Assembly: GCA_963743885.1 (NCBI GenBank) | Contig: CAVURJ010000001.1 | Coordinates: 355,173-419,172 of the forward strand | Direction of reading: 5' to 3' | DNA from: Candidatus Moraniibacteriota bacterium | Lineage (GTDB): Bacteria > Patescibacteriota > Minisyncoccia > Moranbacterales > UBA1568 | DNA length: 64,000 nt | Part shown: one piece after another, positions 26,496-36,646 of the stretch | How the letters are laid out: each line of letters starts with the position of its first letter | Position numbering within the stretch: the stretch's first letter is position 1 | Position numbers and translations under genes: made by a program | Notes under the pieces: generated by a model | Told to the model about the DNA's origin: nothing | What the model saw: the letters and a program-made list of their open reading frames with translations, nothing else | The model's database searches: none

Positions 26496-27475
26496 ATCGT
26501 ATGGGTATCCTGGCGAAATGGAAGAAGACGCGCGGAACGAGAGGGGATTTCTCTTCGAAGGTGTTTACGTCGTCGCGCGCGATGGCTCGGCCGAACCGCC
26601 GAGAGGCGATTGATGGCAGGAAGCCACTGCCAATCGTTGACTTCGTCCTGTGGGGCTCGCTGCTTGCAGTTTCCGGTTATTTGCTCTTGTTCTCACCGTT
26701 TCTCACGGTAAGCCGAGTGGATATTTCAGGTCTTTCCGAGCTGGATGATTCGGATGTGCGTGCTGCGGTTATGAGCGAGCTTTCTGGCAAGCATCTTGGC
26801 ATCTGGCCGAAGGACAACTTCTTCGCGGTGCGACCGGCTAAGCTTTCCGGATTGCTCACCGGTCAGTATCCACTTTTGCGGGAGGTCTTGGTGACGCGCC
26901 GCTTCCCAGAGACGCTGCTTATAGAGGTGAAAGAACGCGAGCATATCGTGCTCTGGCACAGGGCGGGAGAGCAAGGCCTGATGCTCGGCGAGGATGGCCG
27001 GCTGTTCCAGAATGACCAAGTGTTTTCCGAAGCGAATGCGCCGTATGTCGTCTCGATCACTGATCTATCTGCTCAGCCGGCGGCCGAGGGTCAGCGTGTG
27101 GCTGATGAGCGGCTGGTTCCATTCGTTTCCTCGATAGGTGAGGAAATAGCACGTCGTCTTGGGCTTTCGGTCGGGAATGAGTATTCGATTGTATCGCGGT
27201 TCGCCGGTGAGCTCCGCATGACGACCGGTGAGGGGTGGGAACTTTATATGAGCACGGAGCGGCCGCTTGCTGCGACGCTTGATGCGCTTGCGCTTCTTTT
27301 TGAGAAGGAACTGTCGCCGGAAAAGCGGTCAGGACTCCGGTATATCGATATGCGCATCGAAAATCGCGTGTACTATGCTTTTAAGGATGCTCCAGCGGAA
27401 GAGCCAGCCATCGAGTCATCTGAATCATCGGATAAGAAGGAGGTTGTGGATGACGAGAAGAAAAAGAAAAAGTAG
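26492..27475 (+). CDS. ftsQ: cell-division protein FtsQ/DivIB-like (POTRA domain)
   Basis: single TM segment followed by POTRA-like VSRVDISGL...; true start probably downstream near 26582. Confidence 0.65.
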   Translation: MNRMGILAKWKKTRGTRGDFSSKVFTSSRAMARPNRREAIDGRKPLPIVDFVLWGSLLAVSGYLLLFSPFLTVSRVDISGLSELDDSDVRAAVMSELSGKHLGIWPKDNFFAVRPAKLSGLLTGQYPLLREVLVTRRFPETLLIEVKEREHIVLWHRAGEQGLMLGEDGRLFQNDQVFSEANAPYVVSITDLSAQPAAEGQRVADERLVPFVSSIGEEIARRLGLSVGNEYSIVSRFAGELRMTTGEGWELYMSTERPLAATLDALALLFEKELSPEKRSGLRYIDMRIENRVYYAFKDAPAEEPAIESSESSDKKEVVDDEKKKKK

Positions 27476-27517
27476 TTTTTTGGCTCATGGTCTTGGCATG
27501 TATCTTTGAGCGTGAGT

Positions 27518-27890
27518 CTCCCGCCCAGAAACTCCTTTCTCGAGCAAAAGAAAACTCGAAGGGTTTGTTTCTAACGGAGCTTTTCCCTCATTCTACACGG
27601 CCCCAGGAAAACCTCCGAGAAACAAACCCTTCTTAGACAATTCTTTTGCCTCAAAAGGACATCTGGGCGGGAGACCTTCCTCATACCACGCTTGGTCTCT
27701 TTCGTTTGAGTTTCGCATCTCCTCCTCGTCCATTTTTTCTTCCTCTGGTTTCCGGCGGCAACATTTCTGATGAGTGAGCCGGTAACGGTCGAGCATGGCG
27801 TTCGGGACTGCTTCAGTCCTCAGAACGAACAACTCCCCGTTCGGCAGAGCAAGTCAGAAATGTTCGACGGAAATCATGGAATGAAAAAAT
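27518..27890 (+). repeat. structured repeat element, C family, copy 2 (156-nt core plus about 155-nt 3' module shared with copy 3)
   Basis: core 27518..27673 aligns to copy 1; 3' module 27735..27890 is nearly identical to 47672..47830. Confidence 0.65.
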
Positions 27891-27946
27891 GGATAGGAGG
27901 CGATGCATGAATGGTTTCCGGATGAGAAATTGATGCGGTCCTTACT

Positions 27947-27982
27947 GCTTAAAAAACACCCCGGAATTATTCTGGGGTGTTT
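27947..27982 (-). terminator. rho-independent terminator for the minus-strand gene 27998..29893
   Basis: hairpin aacaccccggaattattctggggtgtt with an A-run on plus (T-run on minus). Confidence 0.7.
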
Positions 27983-27997
27983 CGTATTTGGTCTGTA

Positions 27998-29893
27998 TCA
28001 GTCCGCGACGGGAGGAATGTAATAGATGAAGAAAGAATCTCCGACGCGGGTGACAGGCGTGTAGTCCTTGAGCCAGGAGTAGTCGCGCTGGCCTGCAGGC
28101 TTCTCCTTGTAGAGGCTTTCCTGATAGAAGAAAGAGCAGATCGCGTACCAGCCGGCCTCTGGTTCTCGTTTGTCCCACCATGGAATAAACATGTTACCAA
28201 GGTAGTAGGCCGGGCTCGATCCGCCGAAGTAGTCGACGCGGATCTTGTCGATCGGGGGAAGCGTGGCGAGAGAGTCGTCACATCTGGTGGATGTATCCGT
28301 TCCGGCGATGCAGGCATTGTGTTCCTCGATGAACCCTCTGAGGTATTTGAGATCCTGGCCCCAGTCGTAGTTGGAATCAGTGACGTACTTGTAGCCGTTC
28401 TGGTGGCCGCCGGCCGCGGCATTGAAGTACGAGAGGTAGTGCGGGAAGGCGAGTACGGGGATTGCGATGATGGAGAGAGCGAGGCCGAGGATAACAATCC
28501 GTGAAGTCTTGCGGTCGGCAGCGTCGCCATCCTGGCGCTTGAGAAAATCGCCGACGGTCTTGCCGACGAGCAGATACAGGAATGGTAAGATCGGAAAGAG
28601 ATGGCGGAATCCGATATTGAGATTGCCAGTTACGCTTATCGACATGTAGTAGAAGATGAAGAACGCTGCGAGATACTGGGCGGTCCGCGCCTGGAAGGAT
28701 CGGGCGAAGATGCGCCAGAGCGAATCACCCGCAGCGCGCTCTCCGAGATAGGCTTTCGCTATGCGGAAGAGTGAGTAGAAGAGCGTGGCGAGGATCAGGA
28801 AGAGGAATGGGAGCGTTTCCTTGAGCATGAAGACGAGCGGGAAGTATGAAGCACTCGCTTTGTCGGAAACGGTACCGAGGTAGTAATAGACATTGCCAGC
28901 GCCGACGCGTGAGAAGACTTTGGCGACGCCGACAAAATAGACAGCAAAAGGTCGGAGGACGGGGGATTCACCGAGCGTCACGATGGCTGAATGAGCCATC
29001 TGGGCCGGGGTGTTGGGTTGCGAGAGGAAGAGATCAGCCAGGGCGTTCACTTTTTCTGCTGGCATGGCGAAGGTGTTGAGCGCGTAGACGATCCAGATGA
29101 GCACGAATGAGACAGCGACGCTGCCGGCATATTTGAGGATATAACTGATGATCGTCCGGCTCCGGAACGAGAGAACTGTCCGGCTGTCTGTCTTTGGCTG
29201 AAGGAGTGTCATGGCGGCGAGGAGCGCGAAGAGTCCGAAGGCTGGAAAAAGGAGCACGGCTGAGAACTTGGTCAGCTGTGCGATTCCGAGGAAAAAGCCG
29301 GCGACAAAGACATTTTGCCAGTTCGGGTGTCTGAGGAAGCGGACGAAGAAGTAGGCGGCAGCGAAGACTGCAGCGGCGATACCGATATCGGTCGTGACGT
29401 AGTGGCTATGGGCGATGACGTTGGGGTCGGCCGCATAGAGGAGCGTCGCGAAGAGACCGGCGACGGTGCCGCCGAGCTCACGCGTCCAAGCGAAGATACC
29501 GAGACCGAGAAGGACAGCGACCAGTGTGATAGGCAGTCGCGACCAGAAGAGGATCGCATCTGAATCATTGCAGATCTGGGATGGGTCGGTGCAATTGAGG
29601 AAGAGATCACCAAGGATCCATTGTTCGTTGCGTCCGGTCTGCCAGGCATCGGATCCATAGGGGAAGGAGATATTGAGGAACTGGAGCGGAAAACCGGAGA
29701 GATCCTTGATAAGCGGTGGATGTTCCGGATTGACGCGCATGTCGTACGCATCGAGGTATGAATAGGCGGCCGGAATATGAGCGCGCTCGTCATAAGTAGC
29801 CGATTCTTTGAGGGAAACAGTGGTCGATACGATGAAGAGCGCCGCGAGCATAAGGGCGACGAAGCGTAGTGGATAGCGTCTGAGCACTTCCAT
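27998..29893 (-). CDS. family-39/PMT-like membrane glycosyltransferase (dolichyl-phosphate-mannose-protein mannosyltransferase / ArnT-like)
   Basis: 631 aa polytopic; N-terminal DE...HPPL loop-1 motif of GT-C enzymes. Confidence 0.75.
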   Translation of the reverse strand: MEVLRRYPLRFVALMLAALFIVSTTVSLKESATYDERAHIPAAYSYLDAYDMRVNPEHPPLIKDLSGFPLQFLNISFPYGSDAWQTGRNEQWILGDLFLNCTDPSQICNDSDAILFWSRLPITLVAVLLGLGIFAWTRELGGTVAGLFATLLYAADPNVIAHSHYVTTDIGIAAAVFAAAYFFVRFLRHPNWQNVFVAGFFLGIAQLTKFSAVLLFPAFGLFALLAAMTLLQPKTDSRTVLSFRSRTIISYILKYAGSVAVSFVLIWIVYALNTFAMPAEKVNALADLFLSQPNTPAQMAHSAIVTLGESPVLRPFAVYFVGVAKVFSRVGAGNVYYYLGTVSDKASASYFPLVFMLKETLPFLFLILATLFYSLFRIAKAYLGERAAGDSLWRIFARSFQARTAQYLAAFFIFYYMSISVTGNLNIGFRHLFPILPFLYLLVGKTVGDFLKRQDGDAADRKTSRIVILGLALSIIAIPVLAFPHYLSYFNAAAGGHQNGYKYVTDSNYDWGQDLKYLRGFIEEHNACIAGTDTSTRCDDSLATLPPIDKIRVDYFGGSSPAYYLGNMFIPWWDKREPEAGWYAICSFFYQESLYKEKPAGQRDYSWLKDYTPVTRVGDSFFIYYIPPVAD

Positions 29894-29914
29894 AATGAGC
29901 AGATGATAAATTGG

Positions 29915-31540
29915 TTACGGTAGACGGACGATGGTAAAGGCGCTTCCGGTGCCTGGCCGCGGGTCGATTTCTATGACTTTGGCTTCTGGGGAGCGGGCGA
30001 GGATGTTGGCGATGACTTTGTCGTTGCGTGAGATGAAGATGATGATGCTGTCATAGCGCGAGATGGTCACATCGGCATCAGGAATGAGCCAGGTGAGGTT
30101 CTTGATCTTTCCGTCAGTCAGAAAGACAATCGGCTGAGCATCGATCGGGAGGTGGTTGCCGACGATGCGGCTTCGGTCGTTTGAGACGACGTATTTATGT
30201 GTTTCTTCCGGCAGAGCGAGGAGGTATTCGGCGATATTGCGCTCGTTTAGGGAGAATGAGCTCATCTGGCTCGGGCTCCCGGCGAAGTAGACGAAATATT
30301 TGGTGAGATTGATGGCGGCGCTCGCACCGAGGAGGATGATCAGTGCTGAGAGGAGCATCGTCCGCTTGGTATGCCGCGCAGTGATGCCGTGTTTGGCTAT
30401 CCAGAAGACAGGGAGCGTCGCCATGAGGAAGACCGGTACTTGGGTGCCGATGGAGCGGAGTGCGTGTGGCAGTCCCTCGTGGGTGAGGAATTCCGGCATG
30501 AGCATGACGAAGAACGATCCGAGGAGGAAGGTATTGCGCACGAGCCGGAGATCGCGGTCCTTGCGTATCAGCCTTCGGCCGAGGAGTAATCCAGCCTGCC
30601 AGACAGTATAGATGAAGCCGGCAAGGAAAAGTGCACCGACGATCGGATCAAGGACGGGATAGGGCGGATAGTTGTGTCGCCAGTTCTGGTCGCCCCAGAA
30701 GTTGTATTTGATGAGGCTAAGTGTGACGGTTTTGCTCATTGTTCCGAGGAGATCACCGTGGTTAATCTCCGGGGAGAAGATGGAGACGGCAGCGGAACGG
30801 GAGGCAAAATCTCCTGGATGCGAGATGAAGAAATGGTAGAGCATCGGAGCGGCCGAGACGAAAGCGCCGAAGATGAAGACGACTCCGTGTTTCCAGTAGC
30901 GCCTGAGGAAGTCCTCGTAGGAGAGGATGAGTACTGGGAGAAGGATGACGAGGATGAGTGGTGCGACGCGGAAGGCGACGTACGTATGGAGTCCGAGACC
31001 GAAGATGAGGCCACCCCAGAGGAAATCTGCGAATTTGCGTGTGCGGAGGCCGCGGAAGAAGAAGTAGAAGGAGAACGAGAGGATGAGCGACGTCATAATC
31101 GCCCGGAAGCCGATGCGGGAGAAGTTGATCGCCCAGAAGGAGGTGGCAGTGATGAAGGCGGCGATGAGTCCGGCGGAACGGCGGCGGAAGAGTTCGGCAG
31201 CGAGGAGATACATGCCCCAGACAGTCAACGTGCCGAAGATGATCGACCAGAGTTTGAGGGCAGGAATGGTGTTGCCGAGAGCCTTGAGCGCCAAGGCCTG
31301 GAGGTTGATGAAGAGCCCTTCGCGGCCGTAATTGTTCTCGTAGAAGAGGAGGTAGTCGCCGGTCCGGTTGGCGTAGGTTGCATCGGCCGCATTGACGGCT
31401 TCGTCGGGGTAGATGCCGGAGGGGATGTCTGAGATACGGTAGCTTCGGACGAAGAGTGCGAGGAGAAGGATGAGTGTGAGCACTCCGAAATTTATGAGCC
31501 GTGCACGCTGGGTGTTGTTCATATGTTTTTTTATTACCAA
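29915..31540 (-). CDS. ArnT/GT83-GT39-like membrane glycosyltransferase
   Basis: 541 aa polytopic; YRISDIPSGIYPDEAVNA GT-C loop motif. Confidence 0.75.
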   Translation of the reverse strand: MVIKKHMNNTQRARLINFGVLTLILLLALFVRSYRISDIPSGIYPDEAVNAADATYANRTGDYLLFYENNYGREGLFINLQALALKALGNTIPALKLWSIIFGTLTVWGMYLLAAELFRRRSAGLIAAFITATSFWAINFSRIGFRAIMTSLILSFSFYFFFRGLRTRKFADFLWGGLIFGLGLHTYVAFRVAPLILVILLPVLILSYEDFLRRYWKHGVVFIFGAFVSAAPMLYHFFISHPGDFASRSAAVSIFSPEINHGDLLGTMSKTVTLSLIKYNFWGDQNWRHNYPPYPVLDPIVGALFLAGFIYTVWQAGLLLGRRLIRKDRDLRLVRNTFLLGSFFVMLMPEFLTHEGLPHALRSIGTQVPVFLMATLPVFWIAKHGITARHTKRTMLLSALIILLGASAAINLTKYFVYFAGSPSQMSSFSLNERNIAEYLLALPEETHKYVVSNDRSRIVGNHLPIDAQPIVFLTDGKIKNLTWLIPDADVTISRYDSIIIFISRNDKVIANILARSPEAKVIEIDPRPGTGSAFTIVRLP

Positions 31541-31543
31541 ACG

Positions 31544-31622
31544 AAGTGAGTGAAACGAAAGTTTGCTTTCGTTTCCGAACGCAGTGCTGGTAAAATCAGG
31601 TATAATACTCCGCGGCTTGCCC
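31544..31622 (+). repeat. conserved intergenic element R2 (hairpins plus tgGTAAAAT box)
   Basis: aligns to 12564..12656 with compensatory hairpin changes. Confidence 0.6.
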
Positions 31623-31761
31623 GCCTAGCCGGTGAGTCTAGCCGCAGAAAGAAATGAACATCGGTTCGTTACCTGTTGTTATCCCGCTGCCTTCCGACAG
31701 CGTTTTTTGTTTCTCTTTCTTTATGGTACAATTATAGCAAATCGCATATGAAAAAAACAGC

Positions 31762-32943
31762 ATGTTCGGGAGAGGTTTTTCATTTTTTCAAGGAGCGGCC
31801 GAATCTCGCGCAACGAGTGGGGGGTCGATAGGGTTTATAGACGCAGACGTGTCCAAGGAAAAGATTTCTAGTGGTAATGGGGAGATCACTTTTTTTGGTA
31901 CGCCGCAATCTTCTATGCCGATAGCAGAAGAGTTTATGGGGCCCGCTGGGGCGAAAATTATACAGTGGCCGGTTGTTGATGATGCGGAAGCGGAGAAGAG
32001 GATGGAGGAGTTGAGGGAGGCACATCATTCGGATGTCTTATTGAAGGGCGTTGAAGACACTGGGGTAGCCGAGTCGGTTGCTATCCCTGTCAGGGAGGAA
32101 GTATCGTCTGTGGATGCGACCGTTGTTCCGGCGGAGGAGGCTGTAGCGTCGTCAGAATTGGTTTCTCAGGCAGTATCGGGGAATGTTGCGAAAGTTTTAG
32201 TGCATGTTGAAGGAGAGGCGGAAGCGCCTGAGATACAGACTGAGGCACAGAAGCAGTTCGAGGCGCTTGAAGAGGAGATTGAACAGGAGATCAATGAGAT
32301 AGACAAGATGATCAAGAGTCATCGGAAGACGGTCCAGATGCGCGCGATGAACAAATGGACGCATGAGGAGGAATGGACCAAGCTAACTGCGGCGCTCGAT
32401 CAGGCGAAGGCGGATATGGATGCAGCTATCGATCTTGCTAATGGAAATGGACATGAGCAGGAGGCGCTTGATCAGCTCAAGAAGATCAAAGCGAGTCTCG
32501 ATATCAGTGTGCTTGAGGTCAAGGTGCTGCCGGAGCTTGAAGAAGAAACAGTGGATGTAAAAGTGCCTGTTGCTGAGAAGAAAAAGAAACAAGGGGAGGG
32601 TCCGAAGAAGAAGCCAGAGGGAAAAAAGAAGGCGGTTGCGAAGCAGGAAACGCGCGAGTCGGAAGAGGTAGTATACGAGAGACTTGAGCGGATGGCTGAG
32701 GATGATGGCGCGTATCATACGGTTTTGGGCGCTATCGCGGCCGGTCTGCGTACGATGAAGGAGACTGTTCCGGGTATCGAGAAGAGGAAGGATGAGCTTT
32801 CGGGTCGTATCGCGGAAGCGATCGCTCTGAAACTGGAGCATCCTATCGTTGCGACCGGAGAGCGGCTCGGCTGGTCCGCGGATGAGACTGGATTGTTCGC
32901 GCGGGAGATTGTCCGGAAGGGTATCGAGAAATTTCTGAAATAA
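31762..32943 (+). CDS. hypothetical acidic coiled-coil protein
   Basis: 393-aa ORF; first gene of a tightly packed plus-strand block 31762..39166. Confidence 0.55.
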   Translation: MFGRGFSFFQGAAESRATSGGSIGFIDADVSKEKISSGNGEITFFGTPQSSMPIAEEFMGPAGAKIIQWPVVDDAEAEKRMEELREAHHSDVLLKGVEDTGVAESVAIPVREEVSSVDATVVPAEEAVASSELVSQAVSGNVAKVLVHVEGEAEAPEIQTEAQKQFEALEEEIEQEINEIDKMIKSHRKTVQMRAMNKWTHEEEWTKLTAALDQAKADMDAAIDLANGNGHEQEALDQLKKIKASLDISVLEVKVLPELEEETVDVKVPVAEKKKKQGEGPKKKPEGKKKAVAKQETRESEEVVYERLERMAEDDGAYHTVLGAIAAGLRTMKETVPGIEKRKDELSGRIAEAIALKLEHPIVATGERLGWSADETGLFAREIVRKGIEKFLK

Positions 32944-32964
32944 GATTAAGAAGGAGGGATATCT

Positions 32965-33543
32965 ATGACGAAGGAAGGGATGAATCATGCGCCTACTGAT
33001 GCCGAGATAGATGCGGCCATCCTCAAGGGAGCAGAGGTCGCTGGCGAAGAGGCACGTAAGGGTCTTGGATTGCCGGCGGAGGCACCGGTTGTTGGGGCTG
33101 TTCCGGAAGCAAAGCCGGCTGTTGTTGAAGCTGCTCCGAAGACTGAGAAGACGCCGGAGAAGGTTCGGAGTCCCAAGAACAGCAAATCGACTTCTCCTAT
33201 GAGTGCGACCGGAGCTGGGAGAAATAGGAGCGGTCGCGTCGGGAAGAAGGTCGCTAAGAAGATATCTCAAGAAATTGCTGCTGAGACCGGTTCCGGCACG
33301 ATCGTCGAAGAGGAGAATCCGGAAGCGAGGCCTGTCAGCGCGGGATTTCCGGAATGGGGCGTTTCGCGGGATTCGGTGTATGAATCGCGGATGATTATCC
33401 CGATGGTTCAGAATGAGGTTTTGGTGGAAGCGGTCTCTTCCGGGATGCGAGAAGAGAAAGCGCCGGCCGCGGTTGCTGAGGCGGTTGCTGATTCGGTTTC
33501 AGATGGCGGTCGCTTCGGATGCTGGTGCGGCTGGATCTGGTGA
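32965..33543 (+). CDS. hypothetical protein (Ala/Pro/Glu-rich)
   Basis: 192 aa; its TGA stop overlaps the ATG of the next gene (TGAgATG). Confidence 0.5.
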   Translation: MTKEGMNHAPTDAEIDAAILKGAEVAGEEARKGLGLPAEAPVVGAVPEAKPAVVEAAPKTEKTPEKVRSPKNSKSTSPMSATGAGRNRSGRVGKKVAKKISQEIAAETGSGTIVEEENPEARPVSAGFPEWGVSRDSVYESRMIIPMVQNEVLVEAVSSGMREEKAPAAVAEAVADSVSDGGRFGCWCGWIW

Positions 33544-33544
33544 G

Positions 33545-35719
33545 ATGCAGCCTCATAAAGCTTGGAAGGTGTCGGCGCAGGAGGGGTGGTATAAGGAAGA
33601 GGAGGGGCATGGTCCGGAAGGCGGTGATGAGGATGAATTCGTAGTGAAGAATCCGAGGATAGCGATCCCTGGCAGTTCGGAGTGGAGTGAGGTGATGGCA
33701 GCGTATGGTCGAACTGCGGATACCGCGTCCGGGGAGGCTGAAAGAGGGACGATCGACAAATTAAAAGATGAGGTCGCCGGATTGCGAGCGAAATACGCGT
33801 CGAGAATGTATGAACATAGCCGATTGGCAGCGAATCTGAAGTCATCGAAGATCGGAAGATTTTTCAGTCTTGGGGATGCTGATGAGGCTGATCTTGAATA
33901 CTGGAGGAGGGAATATGAAGAGAAGCTCGCAGCGCTCCGTGAGGCGGAGCTCGAGGAGATCAAAGGATCTCGTCTCAAGGGACAGGAGCTCAAGGAGGCC
34001 ATGGCAGGATTGCTCCGTGCATCAAAGGTGGACGAAGTGCTTTCGCTGATCAGTGATCGGGATACGTATCGGCTTGAAGGAAATAAATGGTCAGATAAGG
34101 TTTATAATACTTTTCGGTCAGTAGGTGAGTGGTATAACAAGGTACCGAAGAGGTATAAGATCATGGCTGGCGTAGCAATCGGATCGCTTGCGCTTGGTAC
34201 GGCTGCAATGGGCGGGGTGGCTTTGGCGGGTGGAGTGAAAATTGCACGGCGATTGGTCTCTGGCGCCGGTTTTGCGGTAGCTATTGATGCCGCGCTTGAT
34301 GCGAAGATGGAAGAACGCTTTAAGAAGCAGGCAGAATATGAGATTGAAGTGGAGCTCGATCAGATGTTTGGTTCGGTCGAGCCGTCCACAGAAGGTAAGT
34401 CGTCTTCTGAGCGCTCGCAGGAAGAGATGATGCAGATGTTCGAGGAACGTTTGCAAGCTGCTTCTGGCGGGGTGACGCTCGTATTTGAGGACCAACTTTT
34501 CAAGCGGAAGTTGAATGGCGTCGCAGGTGTCGCTGCCGGTACGATCGCAGGTTTCGCAGGTTCGGCGGCAATGGAATGGTTCAAGGAGAGCGGTGCGGCG
34601 GATGCGACACGCGATATTCTTTTTGGGCAGGATGCCGAGCCAATCCAGATGACTGATGCGGAATTGGCTGCTCGGACGGCAGCGGCTCGCGATATGGCTG
34701 AGGAATATGGGAGTGCCTCGCCGGAGCGACAGCTCGATATCCGGAATGCCACGAGTATGACTGATGGCCAGCTCTCTGCTTTGGCGCGGACGATCGAGAT
34801 AGAAGGCGGGCATATTGTTCCGGGATCAGTCAGTGCTGTGGAAATAGTCTCAGCTGGACCGAATGAGATTGTAAAAAGCCTGCTTTTAGAGCATGAATTG
34901 ACAACAGCCGATGCTAAAAGAGGGTTGTGGGGCGTGCTCGAATCGCGTTTGCCGGCCGATATGTCGGGAGCGGATAAGGCGCGCACGATTGCGGCATTGG
35001 AGAATGCGATCAGCCTGAAGGTTGGGCAGATGTCACCAGAAGAGCGGCTGGCAGCTGGTTTCCGGGGCAACAATATCGGTGAGGTATTCGCTGGCGATAC
35101 GCTTCATCTCGATAGGGTGCTATCGGTCGATGAAGTGCGGACTGCGATGGAAGGCGGGCATGCCTCTGGTATTGGATCGGCGGTTGCGGAGCATCATGTA
35201 GCCGGATCGGCCGGGATTGAGAAGCATGCCGGTGTTGTCGCGCATGATCACGGCGGTCCCGCTGTTCCTGATCGCGGTGCTGCCGCGGCGATTGCTGAGC
35301 CGGTTACGGAAGCGGCGGATATCGAGACGATGTCCCAGGCACTTCGCCCGCGTGTCGATAGCTGGTTTGACCAGATCTTCCGTGCTGAGAATGAGATGCT
35401 GGGATCGGGGCGTGATTGGGTTGTCGATCGCGAACGGATCAGCAAGATCAGCATCCGTGATATGATGCGTGATGCCGCATTGTATGGGCGGGGAGCGGTT
35501 TCGGGGTATCGGACAGGACTTTCCGTCGAGCAGATTAAGAATTTCATCCAGTTTTTCAAAGAAGTCGGTGATGGTGTTAAGGATCAGGATGCTATGACGG
35601 AGATCATCTATGCCACGGTAGTGCCAGGGAAGGATATGACGGTGGCGGAATATCTTGAGAGGGTTGCGCCACTCGTCAAAAAGAGCCAGCATCTCGGGCC
35701 CTTCACGACGCCCGTCTAG
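33545..35719 (+). CDS. large hypothetical protein with coiled-coil and internal hydrophobic segments
   Basis: start moved to the ATG at 33545 (ORF track 33413); Gly/Ala-rich TM-like stretch GVAIGSLALGTAAMGGVALAGG. Confidence 0.55.
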   Translation: MQPHKAWKVSAQEGWYKEEEGHGPEGGDEDEFVVKNPRIAIPGSSEWSEVMAAYGRTADTASGEAERGTIDKLKDEVAGLRAKYASRMYEHSRLAANLKSSKIGRFFSLGDADEADLEYWRREYEEKLAALREAELEEIKGSRLKGQELKEAMAGLLRASKVDEVLSLISDRDTYRLEGNKWSDKVYNTFRSVGEWYNKVPKRYKIMAGVAIGSLALGTAAMGGVALAGGVKIARRLVSGAGFAVAIDAALDAKMEERFKKQAEYEIEVELDQMFGSVEPSTEGKSSSERSQEEMMQMFEERLQAASGGVTLVFEDQLFKRKLNGVAGVAAGTIAGFAGSAAMEWFKESGAADATRDILFGQDAEPIQMTDAELAARTAAARDMAEEYGSASPERQLDIRNATSMTDGQLSALARTIEIEGGHIVPGSVSAVEIVSAGPNEIVKSLLLEHELTTADAKRGLWGVLESRLPADMSGADKARTIAALENAISLKVGQMSPEERLAAGFRGNNIGEVFAGDTLHLDRVLSVDEVRTAMEGGHASGIGSAVAEHHVAGSAGIEKHAGVVAHDHGGPAVPDRGAAAAIAEPVTEAADIETMSQALRPRVDSWFDQIFRAENEMLGSGRDWVVDRERISKISIRDMMRDAALYGRGAVSGYRTGLSVEQIKNFIQFFKEVGDGVKDQDAMTEIIYATVVPGKDMTVAEYLERVAPLVKKSQHLGPFTTPV

Positions 35720-35749
35720 GTATAACTAATTACCAATTACTAAAGACAT

Positions 35750-36061
35750 ATGATCGATCAGCAAGCGCTTACGCAGGAGCTTATCGCCGCCTTCCATTTA
35801 GAAGGTATCCCGAAAGAGAAGCAGGAGGCGCTCATCGCCAAGATGGGCGAGGCTATCCTGAAGCGTATCTTTCTTGAGACGATGGAGAAAATCGGCGACG
35901 AGGGCGTGAAGGAATATGAAACTCTTCTTGACCGGCAGGCAGGAGAGCAGGAAATTAGCGCGTTTTTCGAGGCGAAGATTCCGGGGTATGATATATTCGT
36001 GGAGGATACGGTGAAGAAGTTCAAGGAGGATATGCTTCAGGGTATGGCAGCAGGTAACTAA
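35750..36061 (+). CDS. hypothetical small protein
   Basis: 103-aa ORF in the operon. Confidence 0.5.
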   Translation: MIDQQALTQELIAAFHLEGIPKEKQEALIAKMGEAILKRIFLETMEKIGDEGVKEYETLLDRQAGEQEISAFFEAKIPGYDIFVEDTVKKFKEDMLQGMAAGN

Positions 36062-36158
36062 CAACTAACAACTGATAACTAACGACACGCATAGACAACG
36101 GCAGGGCTCGTTTCATGATTTCTTCCGTTGTAAGTTGTGGGTTGTAGGTTTATATAGT

Positions 36159-36572
36159 ATGGCCGAAGAGATCATAGAACCAGCAGGTATCGAGACAGAG
36201 CCGGCAGCAGCGTCGGTAGAGAAGGAGGCATCCCATGATATCCCGTCCGCAGAGCGGATAGAGTTTTATGAAACGGGGCATGAGCGTGCTGAAGCGAAAT
36301 ACAAGAAGATTCTGTCGAAGGTGGTGGCGCTGAAGTCCGCATCTGCTTCGGATGATGATGCAGCGGCTGACGTGAGTAGTCTGAGCGACATGGACGATGA
36401 GGAGGGGAAGGTGAAGAAGCTTATCGATCTGGCCCAGACGAAGAGCGTCGAGCATGCCGTACGGGTCGCCCGTTCACTTGGGGACTATTACGTCCTCGAT
36501 CGGATGCATGACGAGCTCGCTGGAAAATTTTATGACGGCCTGGTTGAGAAGGGCCTGATCGAAAAAGAATAA
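36159..36572 (+). CDS. hypothetical acidic protein
   Basis: start chosen at MAEEII within ORF 36135. Confidence 0.45.
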   Translation: MAEEIIEPAGIETEPAAASVEKEASHDIPSAERIEFYETGHERAEAKYKKILSKVVALKSASASDDDAAADVSSLSDMDDEEGKVKKLIDLAQTKSVEHAVRVARSLGDYYVLDRMHDELAGKFYDGLVEKGLIEKE

Positions 36573-36646
36573 TCGAAACAGATCCTTTGCTTGATGATTG
36601 GTGCTTGGTTCTTGGGATTTGTTTTGTTTCAGAAAAAACAAAACTT

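Noticed and set aside
27750-27800. A hammerhead-ribozyme-like CUGAUGAG box in C-family copy 2
   Set aside because: No matching GAAA/stem III arrangement is present, the box is not conserved in copy 3 (gcgatgag), and stems I and II cannot be drawn convincingly.
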